Below, piece by piece: positions 61,201-64,000 of a stretch of 64,000 nt of DNA. The notes under the pieces are model-generated. The model ran no database searches. It saw only the letters and a program-made list of their open reading frames with translations, and was not told the DNA's origin. Source of the DNA: Squalus acanthias (lineage: Eukaryota); assembly GCA_030390025.1 (NCBI GenBank), contig CM059432.1, positions 64,482,001 to 64,546,000 of the forward strand, written 5' to 3'. Every line of letters starts with the position of its first letter. Positions within the stretch are counted from its first letter, which is position 1. A program made the translations under genes and the position numbers.

Positions 61201-61981
61201 ATTGTTGCATGATATATATCTGGTGAAAGTCAAAAGGAACTGTATCAACTCAAATTTTATTCATCAAAGCGTAGTGCTCTGTATCAATTTTTCTTGCAAC
61301 AGAATTTTTATTTTTTCTGTCATTGTTACAATTATTGTATAGGGCACTTTATCCAGTAGGAACACTCTTGATCTTATTTTGATCAAGTAGTTTAGTTGAT
61401 TTTAGTGTTTTTTGCTGATGCTATTATCCTCTCCAAATTTAGGTCAGTGCACAGGAAGCTGTCCAAAAGTCTCTGGCTGTCATTTGTATTGGATTTGCCA
61501 GATTACTTGCAACTATAGAGCTCACACTGGCTTGCTTCCAACATCTTTTCCTAAAGGTGCAGTATTAGCATCGGCTCTTGCTTCCTGTTAAACGCGGAGC
61601 AAAACCTAAGAAGCCCTTGGTTTCAAATCAGAAATAAAATCTAAAGAGATTTCAAAATCTCTTCAAAAGTCTCCAGAGATGCCATCCAGTTAGATTAAAG
61701 GGAGTCATTTTATCTGCAGGGATCAAACAACTCTGCTTTATCCTGCTATCCTTTGCATCTATAAACGATAGTGTCCAAAAATGCTGCTTTAAAATCAGTA
61801 GGTCTGAGTTATTAAGAGTTATTTAAAGCAGATCAAACCCCTTTTCCTGTTTTTTTAATTTTGCAATTTGAACACTCTGACTGAATTTCCTTTTCAAAAT
61901 AAAATGTTGACAATTTTTTATATCTGGATATTTATCACAGTGGATTGAGAAATGTAACAATTTACATCTGATATTAAAGTA

Positions 61982-62610
61982 GGGGCCAAAATTCTCCGGG
62001 ATCTGATCCCAGTGGTTATGTCGGGATTGCTCCTACTGGTGCCCTCCAGTGCTGACCCCACTAGAGTTTGCGCTGTCAGTGGGAGGGCACCTCACTTTCA
62101 TGGGATAAATGGGCACAAGTGCCACTTCGTATGTCCCATGCACCCTGAACATTTGGCCACCACCCACCCATGGGGGAGAGTGGGTTTGCCCAGTTCCCCC
62201 TCCCCCGCAACCCCAGCCATGTTCCCTTCGGCCCTCCTGGGCAAGGGGTCTGATCTGTTATTTATTTTTAATGAAGTTCTTTTCTTTGTCTGACCTCGAC
62301 CACATCTGCCCTTGTGAATGCTGGTACACCTCATTCAACGTATTCGCCTCAATTGATGCGCTGGATCCCAGTCCAGCCTAAGGGCAGGAACTCCCAGTGT
62401 AGGGAATCCCAACCCCTGGCTCCATCTGCTTGTTTTCATTTGCCTTTTAAGAGGTGGTGGGTGGTTTCGCCCTTAAAGGGAAAGCAAGAAACTCTGGAAA
62501 ATGGCAGGGATCCGGTGCAACTGGGATTTCCGCATTTTCCTGGGCAGTCCACTGGTCTCCGGCTGGAATTGCGGTGGGAGACTGGTGAATCCTCAAGCAA
62601 TTTTACAGCC
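61982..62610. mobile_element. Harbinger-type MITE, related to 49803-50127
   Basis: Termini GGGGCCAAAATT / AATTTTACAGCC; first ~120 bp similar to 49803-49920. Confidence 0.5.
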
Positions 62611-62715
62611 ATATAATCTAAAAGCTCTAAAATACCTTCAGTACTCAATTAAATATACAAATTCCTGAAAGGTGGAGCTGAACAGAGACCTAAGAGTTCA
62701 AGGGGTAAAAAAAAG

Positions 62716-63318
62716 GGGGCGCTACCTTCACCGGGGCGCTAATTTTAGCGCCCTGAAAAAGTTGGCGCCCCCGCGGCCAATTTTCCCAGGTAGCGCCCCG
62801 AGAGGGAGGAGGAGCGCTACTGGAAGCGCCCCGCGTCCCTCTTGGGCCGCTGTAAGCCAATATCGCGGCACATTGCACCACAGTACAGCAGGCCTTCCTC
62901 CCTTATTAAAGGGGAGGGACCTGGCGCAGCGTGTCCCGGCGCCCAGCTGGGCCACCAGGGATCAGGAGTGCCGGCAAACGAGCCCGGCACTCAAGAGGAG
63001 TGCTGGGCTCACAGAGAGCAGCCGGCACCCCGCGGGGGGGCTTCACTGGTGCCAGGGACAGCAACGGGGGTAGGTGCTGGCAGGCGACCAGCAACAAAAA
63101 TGGCCGTCTGCCACCTCCCCTTTACCTAGCAATGCTCCGGCCGCAGGTAGGCCCCCCTGACCCTGGCGGACATAGCGTCCGGTGGTAAGTCGGGGGGGGG
63201 GGGGCGCCACCCAATATTACAGCTGAACCGCGAGTGGGGTGCTGCGCCCAGGTGCTAGTTGATTTGCGCCCCGTTTAGGGCGCTAACAGGAGGCGCAAAT
63301 CAACCGAATTTAGCCCCC
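62716..63318. mobile_element. CpG-rich young Harbinger-type MITE
   Basis: Very GC/CpG-rich island with repeated GGCGC/GCGCC subterminal motifs, ending GAATTTAGCCCCC. Confidence 0.5.
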
Positions 63319-63329
63319 CAAATATATAA

Positions 63330-63680
63330 TTCCTTGAAAGTGCAGGTGCAATGAGTTAAAACCATAAAAAGGCCAACAGCATTTCGGGTTTTATAAAAAA
63401 GGGCATAAAGTACACAAATGAAGGGGTAATGATAAATTTGTAGATTCGAATAATTAGCCCACAGTTAGAGCACTGTGTGCAGTTTTAAGTGCTCCGTTAT
63501 AGAAAGGACATTAAAGCCAAAAAGGACATCCAGTGTAGATTTACCAGGATGATGCCAGGGATGAGAAACAATAGTAATGAGGAGAGATTTGAAATACCAG
63601 GACAATTTGCACTGGAGCTAAGAAGGGGTTTTAATCATTTTGTTTTTAAATTATGAAGCATTTTGATAGAATGAATAGTA
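63330..63680 (+). mobile_element. Old CR1 RT fragment
   Basis: aaggccaacagcatttcgggttttata...ccacagttagagcactgtgtgcagttt...agatttaccaggatgatgccaggg. Confidence 0.65.
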
Positions 63681-64000
63681 AAAGATTGGGGGAGGGGGGT
63701 GATTTTCGACAGCGTGTTCAGGTGCTAAAGAACCTCCGAGGTTGCCGAGGTGGGGTCTTTAGCTGAAACGGCGGTTTAGCCCGTGTTTAGCGCAAGACGC
63801 CATTTTGGTAAAGGAGTTAAATTGTGCGCTAGGAAATGCCACCCAGAGGCTTGTTAAGGGGCTGATTGATACTTAAATTGCTTGCTAGTGCTTATTGAAG
63901 AGGCTGCATGGCACTTTGGTGACTAGTGCTTGCCCTAACGTCCTCTCTTAACAGCAACCAGCTGTTTGGGAGTAAACTAGTCATTGCTGAGGATTTTGAG

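Overview
Eukaryotic, not prokaryotic, DNA. It is vertebrate and, from its repeat content (CR1, L2, Deu-type SINE, Penelope, many Harbinger-type MITEs), probably a cartilaginous fish; that assignment is an inference. The only host gene is the 3' half of gamma-1-syntrophin (SNTG1) on the + strand: six phase-0 GT-AG exons at 14623-14739, 18648-18719, 22003-22155, 30065-30157, 36679-36789 and 40601-40732 (stop). The rest is intron or intergenic sequence packed with transposable elements. These include a near-complete CR1 (esterase ORF1 plus EN-RT ORF2) nested in another LINE, a decayed two-gene PIF/Harbinger transposon and its deletion derivative, MITEs, a Penelope GIY-YIG fragment with hammerhead-like motifs, and minisatellites. 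The most striking observation is a recurrent LINE family (called family B here). Its longest copy has a tRNA-derived Pol III head (A box, B box, anticodon-like arms) a few hundred bp upstream of an EN-RT ORF, with no ORF1. Its sense strand is almost free of TTTT (the Pol III terminator), and the window also holds a head+tail SINE-like derivative. This suggests a Pol III-transcribed protein-coding retrotransposon. All alignments and motif scans were done by eye, so most repeat boundaries are approximate.
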